DNA of 64,000 nucleotides from Eubacteriales bacterium (GTDB lineage: Bacteria > Bacillota > Clostridia > Lachnospirales > Lachnospiraceae). Under the pieces are notes generated by a model. It saw only the letters and a program-made list of their open reading frames with translations. It was not told where the DNA came from and made no database searches. Both the position numbers and the translations under genes were made by a program. The stretch lies in the NCBI GenBank assembly GCA_030526005.1, contig JAUNDP010000010.1:8004-72003 (forward strand), in the 5' to 3' direction. Positions 46,937-58,449 of the stretch are shown here, piece by piece (position 1 is the stretch's first letter; each line of letters begins with the position of its first letter).

Positions 46937-48274
46937 ATGACATTTCCAGCATATTTTTTGAAAAAAATTCATATATTGGAGCAGGGGCAAGTCGGACCTG
47001 ATTGTGAGGCGAAAAGATTGAAAGATTTTCAAAAATGGCTGTATATGGGCGCAGGAAGTGTGATCGGAGCGCTTGGATTATATATTTTATATCGTGGAGC
47101 AGGAATAGTGATGGAAAGCCAGTTTTTTCAAAATTTAGGCTTTCCGTCTTTCATTCAGCAGTATGTGGAAGAAGAGGCATCTTCCGTGTGGCTTCCAGGA
47201 CTTACATATGAAGGATATAAAAAAGGAAGAGAGGGCAGCTTTATCGAGACCTGGATCAAAACGGAAATACCGCTGTATGATGTCGCATACCGGCAGGTTG
47301 CTTCAGGGGTTGATGCTGTAAAAAAAGAAGCGACAGGGCGAGAAAAAAAGAAAGAAGATACCGATGAAAATGAAAAAGAGGAACAGATGCAAAATCAGCC
47401 AATGACAGAGATACAGGCGCCAAAACAGACAGAGATTCCGGAACAGGAGACAGTCGCAGTGACGGCGCAAGGGGCTTCTGATTGGATAGCGAGAGATCCA
47501 GTGGCAGAAATTCCATATGATCAGCTTGGAGATTTTAATTTTTTACTGAATCAGTATTATATCGTAGATGATTCAACAAGCATAGATGATTCTTTACTGA
47601 ATGCAGAGAATTTTTTGGAAAAGGATTTCAGCATTGTCAAAGATCCGACCGTGCCGCAGATTCTGATCTACCATACCCATTCCCAGGAAGAATTTGTGGA
47701 TTCTGTACCGGGAGATGATACAACAACGATTGTGGGCGTAGGGGATTATCTGACAGAACTTTTGGAGGGAACATATGGATATCAGGTGATACATGACAGA
47801 GGGGTATATGATTTGATTGACGGCGTGCTGGATCGGGACGCCGCATATGATTATTCTCTGGAGGCAGTAGAGCAGATTCTGGCGGAAAATCCCAGCATTG
47901 AAGTTGTGATTGATCTGCACCGTGACGGCGTGGACGGTAAACGGCTTGTGACAGAAATAAATGGCGAAGAGACAGCACCTATTATGCTTTTTAACGGTCT
48001 TTCGCGTCTGGCTGACGGGCAGGAGATTGACTATCTGCCAAATCCATATCTGGAAGAAAATTTGGCCTTTTCATTTCAGATTCAGCTAAAAGCAGAACAA
48101 TTTTATCCAGATTTGATGAGACCGGTATATTTAAGAGGATACCGCTATAACCTGCATGTGCGGCCGAGGACATTGCTTGTGGAGGCGGGGACACAGCTAA
48201 ACACACTGCAGGAAGAAAAAAATGCAATGAAATATCTGGCACAGATCTTAGATCAGGTACTAAGTGGAAAATAG
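46937..48274 (+). CDS. spoIIP: Stage II sporulation protein P
   Basis: ILIYHTHSQEEF and VIDLHRDG are SpoIIP/amidase hallmarks, and there is an N-terminal TM segment. The start is uncertain: an in-frame TTG at 47018 has GAGG 8 nt upstream. Confidence 0.8.
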   Translation: MTFPAYFLKKIHILEQGQVGPDCEAKRLKDFQKWLYMGAGSVIGALGLYILYRGAGIVMESQFFQNLGFPSFIQQYVEEEASSVWLPGLTYEGYKKGREGSFIETWIKTEIPLYDVAYRQVASGVDAVKKEATGREKKKEDTDENEKEEQMQNQPMTEIQAPKQTEIPEQETVAVTAQGASDWIARDPVAEIPYDQLGDFNFLLNQYYIVDDSTSIDDSLLNAENFLEKDFSIVKDPTVPQILIYHTHSQEEFVDSVPGDDTTTIVGVGDYLTELLEGTYGYQVIHDRGVYDLIDGVLDRDAAYDYSLEAVEQILAENPSIEVVIDLHRDGVDGKRLVTEINGEETAPIMLFNGLSRLADGQEIDYLPNPYLEENLAFSFQIQLKAEQFYPDLMRPVYLRGYRYNLHVRPRTLLVEAGTQLNTLQEEKNAMKYLAQILDQVLSGK

Positions 48275-48472
48275 AAAAAAACAGAGCATAAAAGAGACGA
48301 TAAAAAAATGGATAAAGATTATCATTTCTCAAGTGACTCTCATCTGCCTCCAAGGCCAGCAGCGTTTTTGAGAAACAGATGGAGAGTCCTTTGAGAAAAG
48401 GATGCGTTTATTTTTCTTAATTATTACAGTGAAGGTGACAGAAAAGAATTTATGGAAGAGGTATCTTTCTTT

Positions 48473-49120
48473 TTACTCTTCAAGGAAAGACTGACTCATA
48501 ATATAAAATTCATCCTGACTTGGCTGATACCTTTTTTCCATTTTTTCCAGCGTATCGTCATAGCGCAGGGCTTCTTCTTCACTGATTGCCATCACAGGAC
48601 TGTCCTGATAAATCCACTTGTGACCGGAAAGCGCCTGAGGCACCAGCTCTTTTACCATCATTGCAGTCGGATATTTTCCATTTTCAATGCACACATTATA
48701 TTTTTTGCAGCTCTGAAAACCACGGCTTACATAATTAGAGGGGCTTCCAAAGATCACGATCGCATCATATCCCAATTCAACAGCTTTTTGAAAAGAATGT
48801 TCCAAAAGGAGCTTTCCATATCCCATCCGCTGGTACGCAGGCGCAATACAAAGAGGACCAAATGTCAGAACTTCTTTTCTATTTTCGGTTTCATCGATTA
48901 ATCCTGCTTTTGTATACATAATATTTCCGATAATATCGCCGTCTAATTCTAAGACAAAATCTAATTCAGGGATAAAATCCTCATGTTCTCTCATAATATG
49001 GACAAGATAATGTTCCACGCATCCTGGAACATACAGGTTATAAAAAGCGGCTCTTGTTATTTTTTCGACGGTTTCGTAATCTTCTTTTCTTTCATTTCGG
49101 ATTTTAATTTGTTCGTTCAT
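48473..49120 (-). CDS. GNAT-family N-acetyltransferase (YhbS-like)
   Basis: IRNERKEDYETVEKITRAAF... and CIAPAYQRMGYGKLLLEHSFQKA form the acetyl-CoA binding motif. Confidence 0.8.
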   Translation of the reverse strand: MNEQIKIRNERKEDYETVEKITRAAFYNLYVPGCVEHYLVHIMREHEDFIPELDFVLELDGDIIGNIMYTKAGLIDETENRKEVLTFGPLCIAPAYQRMGYGKLLLEHSFQKAVELGYDAIVIFGSPSNYVSRGFQSCKKYNVCIENGKYPTAMMVKELVPQALSGHKWIYQDSPVMAISEEEALRYDDTLEKMEKRYQPSQDEFYIMSQSFLEE

Positions 49121-49770
49121 ATTGTTTCCTTTCTGTTTTTTTGTTCTGGGATCAGAGCATATTTTTCAAAAAACTGATCCATATATCTGACATATTCTTC
49201 TGCCAGTTTTTCTTTTTCTTCTTTCTGAGGCACGGCGTCGGAGATGCTTAACAGCAGATGGAAAGGCGCGTAAAATTCGACTGCCATCTGTCTGGAAGAA
49301 TGTGGGATTTGTTCTTTATCTTTCATCATCTCGCACAGCAAATGTTCAATATAGTTGAGCGGACCGCTTGTCATGACTTTTTGATATAAATCATTCATTT
49401 CAACGGTTTTGTATTGTTCCAATGTCAGCATTTTTCGGAAATTACAGGCAGTCTCATCCTCACTCCAGTAATAAAATTGTGATGTCATATAGGTTTTCAG
49501 ACTTTCTGGCGATACATCGGAAAAAGATTCTGGCATTTCAGAAAATTCTTTTTCTGGAACGCCTGTTTTTCTGGAGCGTTCCATATCAAGCTGACAGACA
49601 TATGCAAAAATACTGTCAAAAATATCCCGTTTGCTTTTAAAATGTTTATATAGCGCGCCTTTTGTCATGCCTAATTCCCCGGCGATCTGGCTGACAGAGA
49701 CTGCGTCATACCCATTTCTGGCAAACAGCCGCAGAGCGGTGATTAAAATGTTTTTCTTTGTGTTTTTCAT
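49117..49770 (-). CDS. TetR/AcrR-family transcriptional regulator
   Basis: The N-terminal HTH reads ILITALRLFARNGYDAVSVSQIAGELGMTKGALYKHFKSKRDIF. Its stop overlaps the GNAT start. Confidence 0.85.
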   Translation of the reverse strand: MKNTKKNILITALRLFARNGYDAVSVSQIAGELGMTKGALYKHFKSKRDIFDSIFAYVCQLDMERSRKTGVPEKEFSEMPESFSDVSPESLKTYMTSQFYYWSEDETACNFRKMLTLEQYKTVEMNDLYQKVMTSGPLNYIEHLLCEMMKDKEQIPHSSRQMAVEFYAPFHLLLSISDAVPQKEEKEKLAEEYVRYMDQFFEKYALIPEQKNRKETI

Positions 49771-49785
49771 CTCAGACTCCTATCT

Positions 49786-49830
49786 GTAAACGAACGTTTA
49801 CTTTCAAAAGTATAGTAAACGTTCGTTTAC
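49786..49830. promoter_or_regulatory. Two 16-bp palindromic boxes, putative TetR operator
   Basis: GTAAACGAACGTTTAC (49786-49801) and its reverse complement GTAAACGTTCGTTTAC (49815-49830) are separated by 13 nt. They start 16 nt upstream of the tetR start codon. Confidence 0.55.
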
Positions 49831-49954
49831 ATGTCAAGAGGAAAAATTTTCACCTTAAAAAAGAAATACTTTTGCCATACTAGACAAAAACCTTGAATTT
49901 GTGATACACTTGCTACGGAAATGAAAGAGTGAATCATAAACTGGAGGAAGAAAC

Positions 49955-51769
49955 GTGGCAGGTATGGATCAGAAACATATCAGAAATTTTTGTATTATAG
50001 CACATATTGACCATGGAAAATCGACGCTGGCGGATCGAATTATCGAGAAGACAGGTCTTCTGACAAGCCGGGAAATGCAGGCGCAGATCCTGGACAATAT
50101 GGATTTAGAGCGTGAAAGAGGAATCACAATTAAAGCGCAGGCTGTGCGTACAGTTTATCAGGCACAGAACGGAGAAGAATATATTTTTAATTTGATTGAT
50201 ACACCGGGACATGTAGACTTTAACTATGAAGTATCTCGAAGTCTTGCAGCGTGCGACGGAGCAATTTTAGTCGTGGATGCAGCGCAGGGGATCGAAGCAC
50301 AGACTTTGGCAAATGTGTATCTGGCGCTGGATCATGATTTGGATGTGATGCCGGTAATCAATAAAATTGATCTGCCAAGCGCAGATCCGGAACGTGTCAT
50401 CAATGAGATTGAGGATGTAATTGGAATTGAGGCGCAGGATGCACCTCTGATTTCAGCAAAAATGGGCACAAATGTCGAAGAAGTGCTGGAGCAGATTGTG
50501 ACAAAGATTCCAGCTCCAAAGGGAGATGCGTCAGCTCCTCTCAAGGCATTGATTTTTGATTCTATTTACGATTCCTATAAGGGAGTTATTGTCTTCTGCC
50601 GTTTGATGGAAGGAAACGTAAAAAAAGGAACAAAGATTAAAATGATGGCGACAGGAGCGACGGCAGATGTCGTGGAAGTCGGATATTTTGGCGCCGGTCA
50701 GTTTATCCCATGTGATGAGCTGAGCGCAGGTATGGTCGGATATTTGACAGCCAGCCTGAAAAATGTGAAAGATACGAGAGTCGGAGATACGATTACAAAT
50801 GCAGAAAATCCTTGTGCTCAGCCTTTGCCTGGATATAAAAAAGTAAATCCGATGGTGTACTGCGGAATTTATCCGGCAGATGGGGCGAAATATCCGGATT
50901 TAAGAGATGCTTTGGAAAAGCTGCAGCTTAATGATGCTTCGCTGCAGTTTGAGCCTGAGACATCTATTGCGCTTGGATTTGGATTCCGATGCGGTTTTCT
51001 GGGACTGCTTCATCTGGAAATCATCCAGGAACGTCTGGAGAGAGAGTATAATCTCGATCTGGTGACGACAGCGCCTGGAGTTGTCTATAAGATACACAAG
51101 ACAAGCGGAGAAGTTGTAGATTTGACAAATCCTGCAAACCTTCCGGACCCGACAGAAATTGAATATATGGAAGAGCCGATTGTCAGTGCAGAGATTATGG
51201 TGACAACAGAATTCATCGGTTCGATCATGGAATTGTGTCAGGAGAGAAGAGGAACGTATCTGGGAATGGAATATATGGAAGCGACGAGAGCGCTGCTTAG
51301 GTATGAACTGCCGCTCAATGAGATCATTTATGACTTTTTTGACGCTTTGAAATCACGTTCCAGAGGATATGCTTCATTTGACTATGAGATGAAAGGCTAT
51401 ACGAGATCGGAACTTGTAAAACTGGATATTTTAGTCAATCGTGAAGAAGTCGATGCGCTTTCTTTTATTGTGCCTGCGGAGACGGCATATGAGAGAGGGC
51501 GAAAGATGTGCGAAAAATTAAAAGAAGAAATTCCAAGACAGTTATTTGAAATTCCGATTCAGGCAGCTGTGGGAAGCAAGATTATTGCCAGAGAGACCGT
51601 CAAGGCAATGCGAAAAGATGTGCTGGCAAAATGTTATGGCGGTGATATCAGCCGTAAGAGAAAGCTTTTGGAAAAACAGAAAGAGGGAAAGAAGCGGATG
51701 AGACAAGTCGGAAATGTGGAAATTCCTCAGAAAGCTTTTATGAGCGTTTTAAAACTGGATGACAAATAA
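49955..51769 (+). CDS. lepA: Translation elongation factor 4 (LepA)
   Basis: [20 protein letters not shown] and DTPGHVDF are present, and there is a LepA-specific C-terminal domain. The start is GTG 49955 (GGAGG 7 nt upstream) or ATG 49964. Confidence 0.95.
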   Translation: MAGMDQKHIRNFCIIAHIDHGKSTLADRIIEKTGLLTSREMQAQILDNMDLERERGITIKAQAVRTVYQAQNGEEYIFNLIDTPGHVDFNYEVSRSLAACDGAILVVDAAQGIEAQTLANVYLALDHDLDVMPVINKIDLPSADPERVINEIEDVIGIEAQDAPLISAKMGTNVEEVLEQIVTKIPAPKGDASAPLKALIFDSIYDSYKGVIVFCRLMEGNVKKGTKIKMMATGATADVVEVGYFGAGQFIPCDELSAGMVGYLTASLKNVKDTRVGDTITNAENPCAQPLPGYKKVNPMVYCGIYPADGAKYPDLRDALEKLQLNDASLQFEPETSIALGFGFRCGFLGLLHLEIIQERLEREYNLDLVTTAPGVVYKIHKTSGEVVDLTNPANLPDPTEIEYMEEPIVSAEIMVTTEFIGSIMELCQERRGTYLGMEYMEATRALLRYELPLNEIIYDFFDALKSRSRGYASFDYEMKGYTRSELVKLDILVNREEVDALSFIVPAETAYERGRKMCEKLKEEIPRQLFEIPIQAAVGSKIIARETVKAMRKDVLAKCYGGDISRKRKLLEKQKEGKKRMRQVGNVEIPQKAFMSVLKLDDK

Positions 51770-51777
51770 AGAACAGA

Positions 51778-51845
51778 AAAAGAGATGCTGTGCTGTCCAA
51801 ACTTCTTTGAAAAGAAGGAGGGATGACACAGCATCTCTTTTTCCG
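51778..51845 (+). terminator. Rho-independent terminator after lepA
   Basis: AAAGAGATGCTGTG ... CACAGCATCTCTTT forms a 14-bp stem followed by TTTCC. Confidence 0.7.
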
Positions 51846-51893
51846 TCTGTGCAGTATAAAGATTAAAAATAAATATTAATAACGAAATGAATT

Positions 51894-51922
51894 TTTTCAG
51901 GGAAGAAAAAACATGATATAAT
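51894..51922 (+). promoter_or_regulatory. Possible extended -10 promoter for hemW
   Basis: TTTTCA, 17 nt, then TGaTATAAT, in a very AT-rich spacer. Confidence 0.35.
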
Positions 51923-52003
51923 GCAAAGAAATAGAAAAATAAAAAAAATTTTTAAGAAAAGAAATAAAATGTCAAAAATAACAAACATAAAAAAGGAGAA
52001 AAT

Positions 52004-53152
52004 ATGAAAAAAGATCTTGAAATTTACGTTCATATCCCATTTTGCATCAGAAAATGCAGGTATTGTGATTTTCTGTCTTTTCCGGCAGAAAAGGAGATAC
52101 AGAGCCAATATATAAAAAAGATGGCAGAAGAAATCCGCCTTTTTCCCGAGAAAGAGAAATGGAAAGTGAACACGATATTTTTTGGCGGAGGGACGCCGTC
52201 TCTTTTGGAGGGGGAAGAGATGACTCTTTTGATGAGTACAATCAGAGAAGAATTTGAGATACAGACGGATGCAGAGATCTCAATCGAGTGTAATCCAGGA
52301 ACAGTGGATGAAAGAAAATTAGAGCTGTACCAAGATGCCGGAATCAACAGAATCAGTTTTGGACTTCAATCTTCAAAAGATGAAGAATTAAAATTACTTG
52401 GACGGATTCATACTTATGAGACATTTTTAGAAAGTTATGAAATGGCAAGAAAATGCGGATTTCAAAATATCAATATTGACCTGATGTCTGCCCTTCCGGG
52501 GCAGACACCTCAAAGCTATCGGGAGACATTAGAGAATGTGATTTCTCTGAATCCGGAACATATTTCGGCATACAGCCTGATTATAGAAGAGGGCACACCG
52601 TTTTTTGAAGAATATGAGGAGGACAGAAAAAGAAGAGAGGCTGGAGAAGAATGCCGCCTGCTTCCATCTGAAGAGGAAGAGCGTCAGATGTACTACGACA
52701 CAGAACAGATGATGGAAAAATATGGATATTCTCGATATGAAATCTCAAATTATGCGAAGCCGGGATATGAATGCCGCCACAATATTGGTTACTGGAGACG
52801 AAAAGATTATGTGGGCTTTGGACTTGGGGCAGCATCTCTTCTGGAAAACTGCAGATTAAAAAATACGGGAAGTCTGAAAAACTATATGCAGGGGAATTTT
52901 ATAGAAGAAAAAGAAATACTGGATCAGAGAGCGCAGATGGAAGAGTTTATGTTTCTGGGGCTGCGCATGATGAAAGGAATCTGTGAGGAAGACTTTTTTC
53001 AATGTTTTGGAGTGACAATCGAAAGCGTTTACGGACATGTGCTGGAACAGCTGATACGGCAGAATTTCATAAAAAAGAGCGGATCGTCTTATTTTCTGTC
53101 AGAATCAGGAATTGATATAAGTAATTATGTGCTGGCACAATTTTTATTATGA
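52004..53152 (+). CDS. hemW: Radical SAM heme chaperone HemW (HemN-like)
   Basis: YVHIPFCIRKCRYCDF is the CxxxCxxC radical SAM motif. The gene lies between lepA and hrcA, the position conserved in Firmicutes. Confidence 0.85.
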   Translation: MKKDLEIYVHIPFCIRKCRYCDFLSFPAEKEIQSQYIKKMAEEIRLFPEKEKWKVNTIFFGGGTPSLLEGEEMTLLMSTIREEFEIQTDAEISIECNPGTVDERKLELYQDAGINRISFGLQSSKDEELKLLGRIHTYETFLESYEMARKCGFQNINIDLMSALPGQTPQSYRETLENVISLNPEHISAYSLIIEEGTPFFEEYEEDRKRREAGEECRLLPSEEEERQMYYDTEQMMEKYGYSRYEISNYAKPGYECRHNIGYWRRKDYVGFGLGAASLLENCRLKNTGSLKNYMQGNFIEEKEILDQRAQMEEFMFLGLRMMKGICEEDFFQCFGVTIESVYGHVLEQLIRQNFIKKSGSSYFLSESGIDISNYVLAQFLL

Positions 53153-53250
53153 GAGAATCAAAAGACAGAAAAGAATAAATAAAACAACAAAGAAAAGAAG
53201 AATAAAGAAGATAAGTAAGTGATAAAAGTAAAAAAAATAAAAAATTCCTA

Positions 53251-53279
53251 TTGACAAAAGTAAAGTGGAGTGATATGTT
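53251..53279 (+). promoter_or_regulatory. Probable sigma-A promoter of the hrcA-dnaK operon
   Basis: TTGACA (53251-53256), 17 nt, then TATGTT (53274-53279), immediately upstream of CIRCE. Confidence 0.45.
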
Positions 53280-53292
53280 AGGTACAAGGATG

Positions 53293-53319
53293 TTAGCACT
53301 CCACAAAGATGAGTGCTAA
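53293..53319. promoter_or_regulatory. CIRCE operator (HrcA binding site)
   Basis: TTAGCACTC-N9-GAGTGCTAA, an exact match to the CIRCE consensus. Confidence 0.9.
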
Positions 53320-53387
53320 CAACTGGAAGACAAACAGAAAAAACAGAGCCGTGATGATTTCCAAGAAAAAGGAAGGAGGGATTCAAA

Positions 53388-54419
53388 ATGCAGCTGGATG
53401 AGAGAAAATGGAAGATTTTAAAGGCAATCATCAATACATATCTTGAAACAGGAGAGCCGGTTGGTTCCAGAACAATTTCAAAATATGCTGATCTGAATTT
53501 GAGTTCCGCAACTATCCGAAATGAAATGTCAGATTTGGAGGAACTTGGATATATTCTTCAGCCGCATACTTCGGCAGGTCGTATTCCATCCGATAAGGGA
53601 TATCGTCTGTATGTAGATCAGATGATGGAAGAGAAAGACAAAGAAGTGACGGAGATGAAGGAGCTGATGATTCAGCGACAGGATAAAATGGATCTTGTAC
53701 TGAAGCAGGCAGCAAAAGTCCTTGCGGCAAATACAAATTATGCGACAATGATTACGTCACCGCAGTACAAAAGAACGAAACTGAAGTTTATTCAACTGTC
53801 TTTAGTCAGTGAGGAACAGATCTTAGTTGTTGTGGTTGCTGAGGGAAATGTAATCAAGAATAAAATTATTCAGATTGTACACAATTTAGACAGTGAGACA
53901 ATCTTAAAATTAAATATCTTGTTAAACAGCAGTCTGGATGGGCTGACAATCGAAGAAATCAATCTTTCTACAATCGCAAAGCTGAAAGAGCAGGCAGGCA
54001 TTCACAGTGAGATTGTAAACAGTGTGCTGGATGCGGTAGCAGAAGCAATTCAGATGGAAGAAGAGATGGAGATCTATACAAGCGGAGCGACAAACTTCTT
54101 CCGGTATCCAGAATTAAGTGACAGCGAGAGAGCGAGTGAGCTGATCAGTACATTTGAAGAAAAGAAACAACTTGCTGCACTGGTGAATGAGACATCTGAA
54201 GGGCAGGAGACAGGAATTCAGGTTTACATCGGCAATGAGACGCCGGTACAGACTATGAAAGACTGCAGTGTCGTCACCGCTACGTATGATTTAGGCGATG
54301 GAATGCAGGGAACGATAGGAATTGTAGGACCAAAACGGATGGATTATGATAAAGTAATCAGTACGCTGAAAACCTTGATGGTACAGTTAGACCACATTTA
54401 TCACCGAAATGAGCCGTAG
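53388..54419 (+). CDS. hrcA: Heat-inducible transcription repressor HrcA
   Basis: LDERKWKILKAIINTYLETGEPVGSRTISK is the canonical HrcA N-terminus. Confidence 0.9.
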   Translation: MQLDERKWKILKAIINTYLETGEPVGSRTISKYADLNLSSATIRNEMSDLEELGYILQPHTSAGRIPSDKGYRLYVDQMMEEKDKEVTEMKELMIQRQDKMDLVLKQAAKVLAANTNYATMITSPQYKRTKLKFIQLSLVSEEQILVVVVAEGNVIKNKIIQIVHNLDSETILKLNILLNSSLDGLTIEEINLSTIAKLKEQAGIHSEIVNSVLDAVAEAIQMEEEMEIYTSGATNFFRYPELSDSERASELISTFEEKKQLAALVNETSEGQETGIQVYIGNETPVQTMKDCSVVTATYDLGDGMQGTIGIVGPKRMDYDKVISTLKTLMVQLDHIYHRNEP

Positions 54420-54456
54420 GTGAGAAATAGAAAAGTGATAGAAAGGCGGTAGCGAA

Positions 54457-55059
54457 GTGGCAGAAGAGACAAAGAGAGAAGATTTAGAGGAAGCTGTGGA
54501 AGAAACAGCAGAAGATATCACAGAAGAAGTTGAAGAAAAAGATATAGAAGAACCGGCGGAGGAAAATCAGGAAGAAGTCGCAGAGGAGAAAAAAGGGCTG
54601 TTCGGAAAAAAGAAGAAAAAAGATAAAAAAGACGAACAGATCGAAGAACTGACAGACCGATTAAAACGTCAAATGGCAGAATTTGATAATTTCCGCAAAC
54701 GGACAGAAAAAGAAAAAGAGGCAAGATTTGAGATCGGTGCAAAGAGCGTGATCGAAAAGATGCTTCCAATCGTAGACAATTTTGAAAGAGGACTTGCAAC
54801 AGTGAGCGAGGAACAGAGAGAAGATCCGTTTGTAGAAGGAATGGAAAAAGTCTACAAGCAGCTGATGGCAAGTTTTGAAGCGATGGATGTGATGCAGATT
54901 GAAGCCGTCGGAAAAGAATTTGATCCGAATCTGCACAATGCAGTACTTCATGTGGAAGATGAATCTTATGGAGAAAATATTGTGGCAGAAGAATTGTTAA
55001 AAGGATACACATACAAAGGAAATGTAGTGCGCTACAGTATGGTAAAAGTAGCAAATTAA
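54457..55059 (+). CDS. grpE: Nucleotide exchange factor GrpE
   Basis: It has an acidic N-terminus and the segment LKRQMAEFDNFRKRTEKEK. The start is GTG. Confidence 0.9.
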   Translation: MAEETKREDLEEAVEETAEDITEEVEEKDIEEPAEENQEEVAEEKKGLFGKKKKKDKKDEQIEELTDRLKRQMAEFDNFRKRTEKEKEARFEIGAKSVIEKMLPIVDNFERGLATVSEEQREDPFVEGMEKVYKQLMASFEAMDVMQIEAVGKEFDPNLHNAVLHVEDESYGENIVAEELLKGYTYKGNVVRYSMVKVAN

Positions 55060-56973
<1,914 letters not shown>

Positions 56974-56998
56974 TGAAATGTGATAGATAGAAGCAGGA

Positions 56999-57044
56999 GG
57001 GGCTCTCGCAGTAAAGGTTTTCGGACTGCCATTGCGACAGCCCC
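56999..57044 (+). other. Intercistronic stem-loop between dnaK and dnaJ
   Basis: GGGGCT(C)TCGCA ... TGCGA(C)AGCCCC gives 6 + 5 bp around one C/C mismatch. No T-run follows. Confidence 0.4.
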
Positions 57045-57074
57045 GCTTGTGGTGTATCTAGGAAGGGGAATACA

Positions 57075-58259
57075 ATGGCAGAGAAAAGAGATTACTACGA
57101 GGTTTTGGGAGTCGACCGCGGGGCCGATGAAGCGACTATCAAGAAAGCATATCGTCAGCTGGCCAAAAAGTATCACCCTGATATGAATCCGGGAGATCAG
57201 GAAGCGGAGAAGAAATTTAAAGAAGCTTCCGAGGCTTATTCTGTGCTGAGTGATCCGGAAAAGAGACGTCAGTATGATCAGTTTGGTCATGCGGCCTTTG
57301 AACAGGGCGGCGGCGGTGCCGGCGGATTTGGCGGATTTGACTTTAATGGCGGAGATATGGGAGATATCTTTGGAGATATTTTTGGAGACTTTTTCGGAGG
57401 CGGCAGAAAGCGTTCTGCAGCAGGAAACAGTCCGATGAAAGGCGCAAACATTCGTGCCAGCGTACGGATTTCTTTTGAGGAAGCAGTATTTGGCTGCGAG
57501 AAAGAGCTGGAACTGACTTTAAAAGATGAATGTAAGACATGTCATGGAACGGGGGCAAAACCTGGAACAAATCCAGAAACTTGTCCAAAATGCGGCGGAA
57601 AAGGTCAGGTTGTCTACACACAGCAGTCTTTATTTGGCATGGTCCGCAATGTACAGACATGTCCGGACTGCAACGGTACAGGAAAGATTGTAAAAGAAAA
57701 ATGTCCGGACTGTCGTGGCACAGGATATATTGCGAGCCGCAAAAAAATTCAGGTTACAATTCCGGCAGGTATTGACAATGGTCAAAGTATTCGTATCCGG
57801 GAAAAAGGAGAACCTGGCATGAATGGAGGACCAAGAGGAGATCTGCTGGTAGAGGTAAATGTATCAAGACATCCGATTTTCCAGAGACAAGATACAAATA
57901 TTTTCTCTACAGCGCCGATTACATTTGCACAGGCAGCACTTGGAGGAGAGGTGCGTATCAGTACAGTGGACGGCGACGTCATGTATGAAGTTAAGCCTGG
58001 AACACAGACAGATACAAAAGTACGTCTGAAAGGAAAAGGTGTTCCGTCTCTGCGAAATAAATCGGTTCGAGGAGATCACTATGTCACTCTTGTGGTTCAG
58101 GTTCCGACAAAACTGAATGAGGAAGCCAAAAAAGCGCTGCGTGAGTTTGATATGGCATCAGGGAACAGTCTGAATCAGAAAAAAGATGCGCAGGAAAAAC
58201 CAAAACGAAAAGGTTTTATGGATAAAATTAAAGAGCAGTTTGAAGACAAAGAAGACTAA
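57075..58259 (+). CDS. dnaJ: Molecular chaperone DnaJ
   Basis: It has a J-domain (DYYEVLGV...YHPD), a G/F-rich region and four CxxCxGxG zinc-finger repeats. Confidence 0.95.
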   Translation: MAEKRDYYEVLGVDRGADEATIKKAYRQLAKKYHPDMNPGDQEAEKKFKEASEAYSVLSDPEKRRQYDQFGHAAFEQGGGGAGGFGGFDFNGGDMGDIFGDIFGDFFGGGRKRSAAGNSPMKGANIRASVRISFEEAVFGCEKELELTLKDECKTCHGTGAKPGTNPETCPKCGGKGQVVYTQQSLFGMVRNVQTCPDCNGTGKIVKEKCPDCRGTGYIASRKKIQVTIPAGIDNGQSIRIREKGEPGMNGGPRGDLLVEVNVSRHPIFQRQDTNIFSTAPITFAQAALGGEVRISTVDGDVMYEVKPGTQTDTKVRLKGKGVPSLRNKSVRGDHYVTLVVQVPTKLNEEAKKALREFDMASGNSLNQKKDAQEKPKRKGFMDKIKEQFEDKED

Positions 58260-58276
58260 ATAGATCTAAACAGATA

Positions 58277-58313
58277 AAAAAACCAAATCAAATTTATTTG
58301 ATCTGGTTTTTTT
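58277..58313 (+). terminator. Rho-independent terminator after dnaJ
   Basis: AAAAAACCAAATCAAAT..ATTTGATCTGGTTTTTTT forms a stem with one mismatch plus a T-run. Confidence 0.7.
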
Positions 58314-58449
58314 GTATTTCTGGTCCGTTCAGATGAGAACGAGATCCTACTTCACCAAAAATTAAGATATTATTTCAATATAAAGATTGGCAGAGAAGAG
58401 GAGGATGTGATAAAGTAAAAGAAACAGCTAAAAGAAAGTGGGGATTTCA

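Noticed and set aside
48452-48901. 149-aa + strand ORF
   Set aside because: It is fully antisense to the well-supported GNAT acetyltransferase gene and has no recognisable motifs.
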